Shown here piece after piece: positions 37,470-47,342 of a stretch of DNA of 64,000 nucleotides (its first letter is position 1; each line of letters starts with the position of its first letter). This stretch comes from Patescibacteria group bacterium (lineage in GTDB: Bacteria > Patescibacteriota > UBA1384 > DATEAH01). The notes below the pieces were generated by a model that did no database searches, was not told the DNA's origin, and was given only the letters and a program-made list of their open reading frames with translations. The position numbers and the translations under genes were made by a program. Location: assembly GCA_035288465.1 (NCBI GenBank), contig DATEAH010000009.1:11951-75950 (forward strand), written 5' to 3'.

Positions 37470-38530
37470 AAACGCAGGCAACACCCGCCAGGGTGCAGAC
37501 GGAGGTCGTCTGTCCCAACAGACCCATTCGTCGGGTCTGACTACATATGGCAGAAGGAGATGGTGTCAATGGTCGTACCAGGTCGCTCAGACAGACAGGG
37601 AACACACAGGGCCTGACGGCGGTTGACCCCAGCACCGGACCGGCGATGCGTCCCACAAGACGTAATCCATCATCAGAAAGGAGTATCAACTCCTTGAACC
37701 GGTTCTTCTCGAGCTTCCGAAAACGATAGTCCGACCCCACCCCCGGGAGCATGTTCAGTTCAGGTAGGATAGTCAGGATAGTCGGTTGGCAAGCCCGGCA
37801 ACCTCGAGGTGTTCTGCCAACGGGTTATACCGGTCGTCAGCTGATAAAAGCGCCGTCGCGTTTCCTGTCGTCCGGCATCGCTTCCGGCGTCGTAAAACTC
37901 GGCAGCTCCACCAGTCTTCGGCTAGATACCCAACTATCCTCGGAATCACACCCACAGGTTTCATGACTGGGGTTTGGTCCAGGACACGGCCCGTCAAGGC
38001 CACTAGGGTTTCGGCCACAAGGAAGACTGGGTTCGGTTCGTACCTTCACAACTAGTCGCAACTTCTTCTCGGCGCATAGTGCAGCTCTCGCGCTAAACTA
38101 CCAGAAGAACTGGTTCACCTTCGGGTGATAAGAAAACGGTTTCTGCACGAACCGGACCTAAGGTAAAGAAGAAACGCCAAACAGTTTCGCGTCGAGCAGG
38201 CATGGCCGTAGTGGTTACAAGAAAGTGTGGCCTGCCGCCGCGAAACTGCCGCTGGGCGACCAGATGTGGTTCCATCTTAGAGCTCCTAATCGGGCTCAAC
38301 AAACCCATCTGGTCTGACAGCACAACGTCCCACTGGGGGCGACCAAGCCGGGTAACGGGATTGGAGCGGATTCATCCGACTTACAACCCCTCACCAACCT
38401 GACTTCGGTCGCCCCTCCCTTTCCACCCTTCCTCCGCAATCCTCGTCTCTTTCGTCCTATTCGGGGCGGCAGCCGGTCCACAACGGGACCCTTCTGGGTC
38501 ACGAAACCCCCACTGGCTTGCCGCCCCGAT
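37470..38530 (+). ncRNA. Candidate large structured non-coding RNA (~1.05 kb)
   Basis: GC-rich, no credible ORF, more than 12 helices incl. perfect 9-11 bp stems and a C(UUCG)G loop, upstream promoter, terminal long hairpin. Confidence 0.55.
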
Positions 38531-38648
38531 ATCTAAAAATTATTAGACCTTTTGGTCTTTTTTTGTTTCCAGCTTTATTTTTGGCTTAAAAAATGATAGA
38601 ATAGCATCAAGTAAAATCAGTAAACAATAAACAAATAATATCCGCCAG

Positions 38649-40028
38649 TTGGCGGAAGCAATCATCATGATAATTTTAGTAATTTTCGCCTTAGCCTTAA
38701 TTATTTTTTCATTTCTAAAACCCAAATGGGCGTTTTATTTGTTATTAGCTTTAATTCCCTTCCATGCTTTTTTATTCACCACTTTCAATGAATTATTAAA
38801 TTTAACTGGCCGCAGTTCGCAAATTCTGGCTTCTTGGAAAGAAATTATTATGTTCGGTTTGATTTTGCGCATTTTATGGCAAATTGTTAAGACTCGAAAA
38901 CCACCCTTTAAAATTTTATTTGTCGACAAAATTATTGCTTTATTGTTTTTACTCGGCATTTCCACCATGATCTTTTTCTTGATTCCGCTCAAATCTGCTT
39001 TTTGGGGATTTCGATTTGATTTTGAGATGTTTTTAATTTATTTCCTAGCTCGCTCCTATGTTTGGAAAAAACCTGAAATTCAAAAATCAGTCCTAATAAT
39101 TTTATCATCAGCCATGATTGTGGCTCTTTTTGCATTGTTGCAAGCCTGGTTTCTGCCGGCCGATTTTCTGACTCATTTCGGTTATTCATCAGGAGTAAAT
39201 TGGCAACAAGCGATCGCTTTGCCGGCTTATCAAACCATTGGCGCCTCAAATGTGGTGCGCATGCAATCATTTTTAGCTGGTCCAAATCAATTAGGCTCGT
39301 ATTTATTAATCCCAATTTTTATCAGCCTGGTGTATTTAATTTCTGCAAAAAGTAACAAATTAAAATTACTGTTAACTGTTTACTGTTTACTGTTAATTTT
39401 TTCTTTATTTTACACCTATTCCCGTTCCGCATGGTTGGCATTTGCCGCAGGTTTGGTGGTTTTAATTTTAATAAAAATCAAACAGCGTTACCCACTCAAA
39501 ACATTTTTAATCACCATGTCTGCAATTTTTGTAGTTTTAATAGGATTGTTGATTTTTATCCAATATCAACCCTTTGGTATTAAATTTGCCGATGTATATA
39601 TTAATCATCAAGGCTCAAATTTGGAAAGATTTAGCCGGCTTCAAGCCTCTTTTGAAACTATTATTAAAACACCGTGGGGTTTGGGAATCGGACAAGCTGG
39701 GCAAGCTCAACTTCATTCCATGAGTGCTACGGCTTTAATTTCAGAAAATTGGTATTTGCAAATTGGCGTTGAATTGGGAATTTTGGGTTTGATAATTTAT
39801 TTGCTCGTTATCTACCACTTTCTTAAAAATTTATGGCAAACCTTAAAATTTTTAACTGGAAAATTTGGCCACGATCTTAGTCTGGCGGTATTTTCAGGAT
39901 TTATCGTTCTTTCTTTGCACGCGATGTTTTTACACACTTGGTCTGATATTTCCACCGCTTTAACCTTTTGGTTTTTGGTCGGCTTGATTTTGACACAGAC
40001 ATCTACAAAATTACAAAAAAGTACATAA
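38649..40028 (+). CDS. O-antigen ligase / Wzy_C family membrane protein
   Basis: Multi-TM; RMQSFLAGPNQLG, TYSRSAWL, PWGLGIG, ENWYLQIGVELGILG. Confidence 0.88.
   Translation: MAEAIIMIILVIFALALIIFSFLKPKWAFYLLLALIPFHAFLFTTFNELLNLTGRSSQILASWKEIIMFGLILRILWQIVKTRKPPFKILFVDKIIALLFLLGISTMIFFLIPLKSAFWGFRFDFEMFLIYFLARSYVWKKPEIQKSVLIILSSAMIVALFALLQAWFLPADFLTHFGYSSGVNWQQAIALPAYQTIGASNVVRMQSFLAGPNQLGSYLLIPIFISLVYLISAKSNKLKLLLTVYCLLLIFSLFYTYSRSAWLAFAAGLVVLILIKIKQRYPLKTFLITMSAIFVVLIGLLIFIQYQPFGIKFADVYINHQGSNLERFSRLQASFETIIKTPWGLGIGQAGQAQLHSMSATALISENWYLQIGVELGILGLIIYLLVIYHFLKNLWQTLKFLTGKFGHDLSLAVFSGFIVLSLHAMFLHTWSDISTALTFWFLVGLILTQTSTKLQKST
39367..39394. repeat. In-gene heptamer tandem repeat (TACTGTT)x4 with a degenerate inverted copy at 38616-38636
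   Basis: tactgtt aactgtt tactgtt tactgtt encoding LLTVYCLL. Confidence 0.6.
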
Positions 40029-40077
40029 ATACAAGAAATAAAAACTTTCGTATTTTCGTAAAATTTTGTATTTAGTA
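40004..40077. repeat. Imperfect palindrome of TACAA/TTCGTA units (family C)
   Basis: TACAAAAT-TACAAAAAAG-TACATAAA-TACAAG ... TTCGTA-TTTTCGTA-AAATTTTGTA-TTTAGTA. Confidence 0.55.
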
Positions 40078-40096
40078 AAATAGTTATGGAGGATTT

Positions 40097-40867
40097 ATGA
40101 AATTAACAATTTTGGGATCCGGTGGCGCGCTTTACAACCTTAAAAGGGGTTTTCCGGGTTATTATTTAGAAATTGGCAATGACAAAGTTTTACTCGATGC
40201 CGGTCCCGGCACTTTGACAAAATTAGCCAAAGCCAAAATTGATTATTTTGATTTAACCCATATTTTAATTTCTCATACTCATGCTGATCACCTTTCTGAT
40301 TTAATGCCGATCCTTATTAATATTTATTTGAAAACTTTATCAGCATATGGTGGGAAAGAGAAAATAAAACCTCTAATAATTTTTGGCCCACCAGGCTTTA
40401 AAAAAACATATCATCAATTAAAAGAAATGATGTTCCCCGAAAAAGAAAGTTTTAAAATTGAAATTCGCGAGCTTAAAAATAGCCGACTAAAATTTAAAAA
40501 TTGGCAATTAGAATCAGTTATTACGCGCCATGTCCCTTACTGGAAATCAATTTCGGTTAAATTTACCGAGTCCAATACTTCTTTTGTTTATTCAGGTGAC
40601 AGCGCATTTTGTCCAGAATTGATCAAATTATCCCAAAATGCCGAAAACTTATTGTTTGATTGTTCGGCGTTAATTAGTAATGAGTTTCCTCAATCACATT
40701 TAAATCCCCAATTTGCGGCCGAAATTGCTAATTTATCTGGTGCGAAAAAATTAATTTTATCCCATTTATATGATTTAGATGAGCTTGCCGAGATTAAAAA
40801 AGAGGTTGCCAAAGTTTTTAAAGGTGAAATCCATCTTGCTCGTGATTTGGAAAAATATATCTTATGA
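40097..40867 (+). CDS. MBL-fold metallo-hydrolase (RNase Z-like)
   Basis: LGSGG, LLDAGPG, SHTHADH, YSGDS, SHL motifs. Confidence 0.9.
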   Translation: MKLTILGSGGALYNLKRGFPGYYLEIGNDKVLLDAGPGTLTKLAKAKIDYFDLTHILISHTHADHLSDLMPILINIYLKTLSAYGGKEKIKPLIIFGPPGFKKTYHQLKEMMFPEKESFKIEIRELKNSRLKFKNWQLESVITRHVPYWKSISVKFTESNTSFVYSGDSAFCPELIKLSQNAENLLFDCSALISNEFPQSHLNPQFAAEIANLSGAKKLILSHLYDLDELAEIKKEVAKVFKGEIHLARDLEKYIL

Positions 40868-41688
40868 AATATCAAATTGGTTTAAAGGTTGGGTCAAAAT
40901 ATGGTTTTGGGGATGTTAAATCCTTAATTAAAAAAGGAATTAGTTGGGGTATTAATTTTTTTGAAATCACCACTACCGATATTAAAGATATTGAATTTTA
41001 TAAAAATTTAAAAAAACAAAAGATAAATTTTGGTATTCATGTTCCTCATGCTTATACACCTGACAACCCCATGGCTTTATGTGCAACTCTTTCTCCGTAT
41101 AAAGAAAGAGCAATTAAGTGGTTTAAAAAATCTATTAAAATCGCTCAAGAATTAAACGCAAAATATATTATCGTTCATCCGGATTTATCCCAAATTCCTA
41201 AAGGAAATTCGCGTTATCCGGAAGGAATTAAATTTGCGAGGAACAGAAAAGAAGGATTTAATCAATTTATTGAAAACATTAAGAAATATCATCAAGAAAT
41301 TCCCTTACTAATTGAAGTAATGCCAAGCCCTAATTATTATAATTTTAATTTAAAGGAGAGTTTAAAATTACATAATATAATTAAAACAAATTTTTGTTTT
41401 GATGTTGATCATGCTTTTGAAGTTGACCAAAAAATAAACACAGTAATTCACTGGTACCAAGGCATTAAAAAATATGTTGAGATATTTCATGTCTGTGATT
41501 TTGATCCTGAAATTAGAGGGCACTTACCAATTGGCGAAGGAAAAATTAATTTTAACAAATTTTTCCAAAAAATTAAATTAAATAATAATCAAATTTTTAT
41601 TTTAGAAGTTTTGCCAAATTCAATAAAAAGCACCGAAAAGGATTTAATTGGCTCTAAAAATAAATTAGAGCAATGGCTGAAAAATTAA
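40864..41688 (+). CDS. Xylose isomerase-like TIM barrel (sugar phosphate isomerase/epimerase or endonuclease IV family)
   Basis: IHVP, IVHP, LIEVM, CFDVDH, FHVCD, HLPIGEG.INF, ILEV. Confidence 0.82.
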   Translation: MKYQIGLKVGSKYGFGDVKSLIKKGISWGINFFEITTTDIKDIEFYKNLKKQKINFGIHVPHAYTPDNPMALCATLSPYKERAIKWFKKSIKIAQELNAKYIIVHPDLSQIPKGNSRYPEGIKFARNRKEGFNQFIENIKKYHQEIPLLIEVMPSPNYYNFNLKESLKLHNIIKTNFCFDVDHAFEVDQKINTVIHWYQGIKKYVEIFHVCDFDPEIRGHLPIGEGKINFNKFFQKIKLNNNQIFILEVLPNSIKSTEKDLIGSKNKLEQWLKN

Positions 41689-41692
41689 TCAT

Positions 41693-42418
41693 ATGGATAT
41701 TTTAGGAGTTAGAGTTCATAATCTTAGTTTTAATCAAGCTCTTGAGAAAATTGAGAGTTTTATCAAAAGTGGGCAAAAACATCAAATCGCCACCATAAAT
41801 GCAGAATTTATTATTGCCGCGCAAAAAGATTTAGAATTCAAGAAAATCTTGAATTCGGCTTCATTGGCAGTTCCAGATGGAACCGGCTTACTATTCGCTT
41901 CAAAATTTTTATATGGTGCAAAAAATGCTTTCAAAGAACGGGTGACTGGAGTTGATTTAACTTGGGAATTGGCAAAAATTGCTGAAAAAAATAATTGGTC
42001 AATATATCTTTTGGGCGCCAAAACTGGCGTGGCCCAAAAAACAGCTGTTAGATTAAAATATTTATATCATAATTTGAAAATTGTTGCTATTTCCGAAGGC
42101 ATGCCAAGATACACCGAGAAACAGGTGCTCGCCAACATTAATAAAGTCAAACCAGATATTTTATTAGTCGCTTTTGGTGCGCCCAAACAAGAAAAATTTA
42201 TCGCTAAAAATTTACCTAATTTAAATTTCAAAGTCGCCATTGGTGTCGGTGGGACATTTGATTTTATTGCCGAAACGCAAAAAAGAGCCCCGGTTTGGCT
42301 ACAAAAACTTGGTTTAGAGTGGTTGTGGCGACTAATTCATGAACCTAAAAGAATTGGTCGGATTTATAACGCGGTTATAAAATTCCCGTTCTTAGTTTTC
42401 TGGTCAAAAATCACTTGA
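41693..42418 (+). CDS. WecB/TagA/CpsF family glycosyltransferase
   Basis: TINAE, VPDG.G, RVTGVDL, VAFGAPKQE, GVGGTFDF, RAP.W...GLEWLWRL. Confidence 0.95.
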   Translation: MDILGVRVHNLSFNQALEKIESFIKSGQKHQIATINAEFIIAAQKDLEFKKILNSASLAVPDGTGLLFASKFLYGAKNAFKERVTGVDLTWELAKIAEKNNWSIYLLGAKTGVAQKTAVRLKYLYHNLKIVAISEGMPRYTEKQVLANINKVKPDILLVAFGAPKQEKFIAKNLPNLNFKVAIGVGGTFDFIAETQKRAPVWLQKLGLEWLWRLIHEPKRIGRIYNAVIKFPFLVFWSKIT

Positions 42419-42520
42419 CAAAAAAATTAACCGGGCTTATAATAAAAATGATCTGGTGGCTTTTGGCCACCTCATTTTTTACCAAAATCCTTTGCTGAAA
42501 TTAATAATATTTGATATAAT
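42415..42520 (+). promoter_or_regulatory. Tandem sigma70 promoters for nusA separated by a terminator-like hairpin
   Basis: TTGACA-N17-TATAAT (42415-42443); GGTGGC/GCCACC hairpin + TCATTTTT; TTGCTG-N17-TATAAT (42492-42520). Confidence 0.65.
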
Positions 42521-42530
42521 ATATGTAAGG

Positions 42531-42655
42531 AAATTCTAAATACTAAATCCGAAATCCTAAACAAATTCAAAATTCTAATTTCCCAATTTTCTAAACTATT
42601 TAGCAGATATAATTTGGGTCATTGAAATTTGTTTAGAGATTAGAAATTAGAATTT
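42531..42655. repeat. Heptamer-based imperfect palindrome, family B copy 3
   Basis: AAATTCT-AAATACT-AAATCCG-AAATCCT-AAACAA ... TTGTTTAGAGATTAGAAATTAGAATTT, directly before the nusA RBS. Confidence 0.85.
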
Positions 42656-42672
42656 GACTCCGAAGGAGCAAT

Positions 42673-43914
42673 GTGGATCCAGAGTTTGTAGCCGCCGTTC
42701 GGCAAATTTGTGACGAAAAAGGCATTCAACCAGAACAAGTTTATGAAACCGTCGCTTCGGCGATCGCTTCCGCATACAGAAAAGATTTTGCCAAACCCGG
42801 CAATAAGATTGAGGCCGAATTTGATCCAGAATCTGGAAAAGTGCGAATTTTCCAGGTTTTAGAAGTAGTAGAAGAAGTTGAAAATCCGGATCGTGAAATC
42901 ACCGTTGATGAAGCTAAAAAATATAAGAAAAAGCCCAAAGTCGACGACACCATTCAAATTGACAAAGAGGCCCCAGTTAGTTATGGCCGCATTGCTGCTC
43001 AAACCGCCAAACAAGTTGTAATTCAAAAAATCCGCGAAGCTGAACGAAACGTCTTGTTTAATGAATTCAAAGATAAAGAAGGCGAATTGCTCACTGGCGT
43101 GGTTCAGCAAATTGAAGGTCGGAATATCATTATTAATTTAGGCCGAGCCAATGGAATCCTTTTTCCCAAAGATCAAATTGCTGATGAAAGATATTATTTA
43201 GGACAAAGATTAAAAGTCTATATTGCGGCGGTTGAAGAAACCTCAAAAAATCCGCAAATTCTTTTGTCCCGAACCCATCCAGAAATGATTCATCGTCTAT
43301 TTGAATTAGAAGTCCCGGAAATTAATTCTGAAGCGGTGGAAATTAAAGCCATTGCCAGAGAAGCGGGGAAGAGATCTAAAGTGGCAGTTTCGGCAAATCA
43401 GGAAGGGGTGGATCCGGTTGGTTCGTGTGTTGGTCAGCGAGGCACCAGAATTCAAGCGGTTTTAGCCGAAATTGGTGAAGAAAAAATTGATATCATTCTT
43501 TGGGACGATAAAATTGAAAAATATATTGAAAATGCGCTTTCTCCTGCCAAAATTAAAAGCCTTAAGTTAGATAAAAAAAATCAAGTTGCCACCGTCAATG
43601 TGGCTGAAGATCAACTTAGTTTAGCCATTGGTCGAGAAGGCCAAAACGTTAGATTAGCTTCAAAATTAACTGGTTGGGAAGTCAATATTCAAAAAGCCGA
43701 AGTTGTTGAAGCCAAGAAAATCCAAAAACCCACCGAAGCCAACCCAGCAAGCGAAGCTGAGACCAATTTGAATCCTAAAGATCTCAAAGATATTAAAACA
43801 CCCAAAAGGGAAGTTTCAAAAATTAAAAGCGCTAAAGTCCCTAAAAAGGCTACCAAAATCAAAAAAGCCAGTGCCAAATCCAAAACTGTCAAAAAAACTG
43901 GCAAAAAGGGATAA
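42673..43914 (+). CDS. nusA: Transcription termination/antitermination factor NusA (Lys/Ala-rich tail)
   Basis: GRIAAQTAKQV, LSRTHP, AREAG.RSKVAV, DPVGSCVGQRG.R, LSLAIGREGQNVRLA. Confidence 0.98.
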   Translation: MDPEFVAAVRQICDEKGIQPEQVYETVASAIASAYRKDFAKPGNKIEAEFDPESGKVRIFQVLEVVEEVENPDREITVDEAKKYKKKPKVDDTIQIDKEAPVSYGRIAAQTAKQVVIQKIREAERNVLFNEFKDKEGELLTGVVQQIEGRNIIINLGRANGILFPKDQIADERYYLGQRLKVYIAAVEETSKNPQILLSRTHPEMIHRLFELEVPEINSEAVEIKAIAREAGKRSKVAVSANQEGVDPVGSCVGQRGTRIQAVLAEIGEEKIDIILWDDKIEKYIENALSPAKIKSLKLDKKNQVATVNVAEDQLSLAIGREGQNVRLASKLTGWEVNIQKAEVVEAKKIQKPTEANPASEAETNLNPKDLKDIKTPKREVSKIKSAKVPKKATKIKKASAKSKTVKKTGKKG

Positions 43915-44004
43915 TATACTTTATTATTTTATCAGCTATTTTTCAGTTGATCGGCTTATATTATAATTAATTTTACAAATTAGAAAATATGTTAAGGAGG
44001 TAAT

Positions 44005-46530
44005 ATGAACGAATTTAATCGATTTTCGGCAGAAGCTAAAAAGATTATTAAAGTTGCTGAAAATATTGCTACTGACATGAACACTCAGACTGGTTCTAAC
44101 CATATTTTATTATCAATCGCTTCAAGTTCTAATACCGCTTCTGCTGAAGTATTGCGAAATAACGGTATTAATATTGATCGGATTCATTTAGCAATTTCAA
44201 TTTCAAGATTGAGTAGTTTTGATGTTTTTCCGATTGGCGTCAGCAATGAAACGAAAAAATTAGTTGAAAAAGCCTTGGTTTGGGCAAAGGATTTAGGTTC
44301 GTCCATGGTTGAGCCGGATCATCTTTTTTTAGCAATTTTGTCTGAACCTGGTTTTGCCGGATATAAAATTTTAGAAGATTTAGGCATTGACTCGCAATTA
44401 TTAAAAGAGCAATTACTGTCGATGTTGACTGGGTCCGAAAAAGCGGCAGAATCTGCCTCAAATTCCGAAGAAACAGATGAGGAACCAGTCTCTGGATTTG
44501 GTGAATTTGGCAAATTAGGGGAAATATTTGATGAACCATTTTTTGGCCAAGCTCTTCAAGCGATCCGACCTAAAAAAAGCTCAAGTTCGGTTTTGGCAAA
44601 TTATACTTTAGATTTAACACAAAAAGCTTCAGAAGGCGTTTTAGATCCAATTGTGGGGCGTGGTCCGGAAATTCAGAGAGTTTTGCGGATTTTAAACCGT
44701 CGCAATAAAAATAATCCAGTCTTGGTTGGCGAACCAGGAGTGGGTAAAACCGCGATTGTCGAGGGATTAGCCCAAAAAATAATTGCCGGTGACATTCCTA
44801 AAAATATTGCCGGAAAGAGAATTTTGGTTTTAGATTTAGCCTTGTTATTAGCTGGTACTAAATATCGAGGTGAATTCGAAGAAAGAATCAAAAAGGTTAC
44901 CAAAGAAATAATGCAGGCTAAAGATATCATCCTTTTTATTGACGAACTTCACACCATTGTGGGTGCGGGATCAGCAGAAGGCGCCATGGATGCGGCAAAT
45001 ATTCTAAAACCAGCCTTAGCCCGAGGCGATTTACGCTTGGTTGGTGCCACGACTCTTGATGATTATCGAAAATACATCGAAAAAGATCCAGCCCTCGAGC
45101 GACGCTTGCAGATGGTGAAGGTGGATGAACCAACCCCTGAAGAAACCCTGCAAATTCTCCAGGGGATTAAAAAAAAATACGAAGAATTTCACCATGTTAA
45201 TATTAGTGATGAAGCAATTGAGGCTGCGGTTGAGCTATCTGTGCGTTATATTTCTGATCGATTTTTGCCTGACAAAGCGGTGGATTTAATTGACGAAGCC
45301 GCCTCTGACGCTTCGTTATATGCTTCACCTCGAAATCCCGAATTGATTAATCTTAAAAAACAGTATAATGAATTAGAAAAGGAAAAAGATCAATTAGTAG
45401 CTCGCGAAAATTTCAAAAAAGCCGCTCAAATTAAGATTAAACAGCGCCAGATTCGACAAAAAATCTTACAATCAGGCTCAAAAACTTCAGATATTCATCC
45501 GATTATAATTAACAGAACCAATATTGCCAAAGTTGTTTCTGAATGGACCAAAATTCCAGTTTCATCTTTAGTTAAAGAAGAAATTGCCAAATTTAAAAAT
45601 CTCGAGCAAATTCTCAAAAAGAGAATCAAGGGGCAAGATGAAGCCATAGATACAATTAGCCAAAGCATTAAGAGATCGCGCACAGGTGTCACTGCCGAAA
45701 CCAGACCTTTAGGCTCATTTATCTTTTTGGGTCCAACCGGTGTTGGTAAAACTGAATTAGCCAAAGTTTTGGCTGAAGAAATTTTTGAATCGTCCGAAGC
45801 ATTGATTAAGATTGATATGTCTGAATTTATGGAAAAACACAATATTTCCAGATTAGTGGGCGCACCTCCAGGTTATGTTGGCTATGAAGAAGCTGGCAAA
45901 TTAACCGAATCGATACGTCGCCGACCGTATTCAGTCGTTCTTTTTGATGAAATCGAAAAAGCCCATCCCGATGTGCAGAATATTCTACTTCAAGTTTTAG
46001 AAGATGGCTATTTGACGGATGCTCGAGGCAGGAGGGTAAATTTTAGAAATACAATTATTATTATGACCTCAAATATTGGCATGCGTGAATTAACGACTCA
46101 AGCCGTGGTTGGTTTTCGAGCCCAGGATAATCGCAAACAGGATTTTCTCAAAAGTTATGAACAAATGAAAGACAAGGTTCTACGCGATTTAAAACAGCAA
46201 TTTCGACCCGAATTTCTAAATCGTGTTGACAGGGTCGTGGTTTTTAAACCTTTGGGCGAAAAAGAAATTGCCGAAATTGTTGATTTAAGACTCTCGGAAT
46301 TAATCGAAAGACTGCAAAAAGGACAAGAAATTTTACTGAAATTTTCGCCAAAAGTTAGGGAAAAAATTGCCAAAATTGGTTTTGATCCCGAAAATGGCGC
46401 TCGACCAATTCGACGAGCCATTTCTGATTTAGTTGAAGAACCATTAGCTGAAGCGATCTTAGCTGGAGAGATAAAATCTGGCCAAAAAGTATTAGTGGAT
46501 CTTCGTGGAGATAAAATCGTTTTCAAATAA
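44005..46530 (+). CDS. clpC: ATP-dependent Clp protease ATP-binding subunit
   Basis: Clp N-domain, [17 protein letters not shown]-like coiled coil, [24 protein letters not shown]. Confidence 0.93.
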   Translation: MNEFNRFSAEAKKIIKVAENIATDMNTQTGSNHILLSIASSSNTASAEVLRNNGINIDRIHLAISISRLSSFDVFPIGVSNETKKLVEKALVWAKDLGSSMVEPDHLFLAILSEPGFAGYKILEDLGIDSQLLKEQLLSMLTGSEKAAESASNSEETDEEPVSGFGEFGKLGEIFDEPFFGQALQAIRPKKSSSSVLANYTLDLTQKASEGVLDPIVGRGPEIQRVLRILNRRNKNNPVLVGEPGVGKTAIVEGLAQKIIAGDIPKNIAGKRILVLDLALLLAGTKYRGEFEERIKKVTKEIMQAKDIILFIDELHTIVGAGSAEGAMDAANILKPALARGDLRLVGATTLDDYRKYIEKDPALERRLQMVKVDEPTPEETLQILQGIKKKYEEFHHVNISDEAIEAAVELSVRYISDRFLPDKAVDLIDEAASDASLYASPRNPELINLKKQYNELEKEKDQLVARENFKKAAQIKIKQRQIRQKILQSGSKTSDIHPIIINRTNIAKVVSEWTKIPVSSLVKEEIAKFKNLEQILKKRIKGQDEAIDTISQSIKRSRTGVTAETRPLGSFIFLGPTGVGKTELAKVLAEEIFESSEALIKIDMSEFMEKHNISRLVGAPPGYVGYEEAGKLTESIRRRPYSVVLFDEIEKAHPDVQNILLQVLEDGYLTDARGRRVNFRNTIIIMTSNIGMRELTTQAVVGFRAQDNRKQDFLKSYEQMKDKVLRDLKQQFRPEFLNRVDRVVVFKPLGEKEIAEIVDLRLSELIERLQKGQEILLKFSPKVREKIAKIGFDPENGARPIRRAISDLVEEPLAEAILAGEIKSGQKVLVDLRGDKIVFK

Positions 46531-46616
46531 ATAAAATCGTATATCTAAAAAAAATCCCTCTAAGGATGATGGTTATGAAAAGTTGGCCCTAAAGGGAAAA
46601 GTAAAAAAATAATAGA

Positions 46617-46988
46617 TTAATGTCGTCTCGTCTGCAAACGCGATGGGGGTCGGCGACAGCAATCAGGTTTTGTGGGATGATGTTTTAAATGACCATTTCG
46701 GCCGTTATTTTTGGTTGATTTCGGTTGGGTGGGTTCTAAAGGCTGCATTTGCCACTTATTACATGCAAGCGAATCGGGTCGGAAGGATCGCTTACGAAAT
46801 GAACAAGACAATTCATCTGTATCAATCGCCATTTGATCTGTGGATTCGCCAGTCCAGACTGATTGAAATTGAATTTGGTGGTGGGCATGAGTGCAGAAAC
46901 CGCACCGTTTCACCCGATCCCGATGTAGCTGTCTGTTGTCTGACGCCTCCGACGAAGTGGTGCTTGGAACGACTGGCTTTTTCGGCAA
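46617..46988 (-). CDS. Small orphan Cys4 (putative Zn-binding) protein
   Basis: CGFC...C-x13-CNKW; AAGAGGTGA RBS before TTG; TTGACA-N16-TATAAT at 47027-47054. Confidence 0.6.
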   Translation of the reverse strand: MPKKPVVPSTTSSEASDNRQLHRDRVKRCGFCTHAHHQIQFQSVWTGESTDQMAIDTDELSCSFRKRSFRPDSLACNKWQMQPLEPTQPKSTKNNGRNGHLKHHPTKPDCCRRPPSRLQTRRH

Positions 46989-47050
46989 GAGCTGTCACCT
47001 CTTCTGGAGTTCGCACGGATGTTCTTATTATACCAATTTCCAAATTTTTG

Positions 47051-47248
47051 TCAATGTCGAAAAAATGGCCGAGGGTTCCAAGATGAACATTTATTTGAAT
47101 CTCTGACCCGTATCTGTTGACGCCAGCAATAATGCATACGCTGGTTAAAAGACGTGCAATTTGCACAAAGCTTTGTGCGGTGACGCTTAGCCTTAATCCG
47201 GTGAACTTTTTTTCTTCTCTTTGAGTTTGGGATTAGATCCACCTCCAC
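47051..47248 (-). CDS. Small orphan basic Cys4 (putative Zn-binding) protein
   Basis: CANC...C-x12-CSSW; TTGACA-N17-TATATT at 47269-47297; start uncertain. Confidence 0.55.
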   Translation of the reverse strand: MEVDLIPNSKRRKKVHRIKAKRHRTKLCANCTSFNQRMHYCWRQQIRVRDSNKCSSWNPRPFFRH

Positions 47249-47342
47249 AAGAATATCAGAATGTTAATAATATACCCATTTTTTGTTTATTTGTCAAATT
47301 GAAATCTTGCCAAATAATTTAAAACGTGAGATAATTTAGCAA

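Noticed and set aside
37536-37740. Group I intron-like GACTA (37539) / GATAGTCC (37725) P7 resemblance
   Set aside because: Too little upstream sequence for P3-P6, no interrupted host gene and no clear splice context; left for cmscan to decide
37378-38502. Short ORFs in the GC-rich segment
   Set aside because: All 124 aa or shorter, overlapping on both strands, no motifs; the best RBS-like sites lead to peptides under 20 aa
46511-46540. 10-bp direct repeat ATAAAATCGT at the clpC end as a target-site duplication
   Set aside because: Copies are only 20 nt apart and do not flank the orphan insert
46643-47086. 147-aa plus-strand ORF
   Set aside because: No RBS or promoter; it runs through the minus-strand promoter, and the minus-strand ORFs have RBS, promoters and a shared Cys motif
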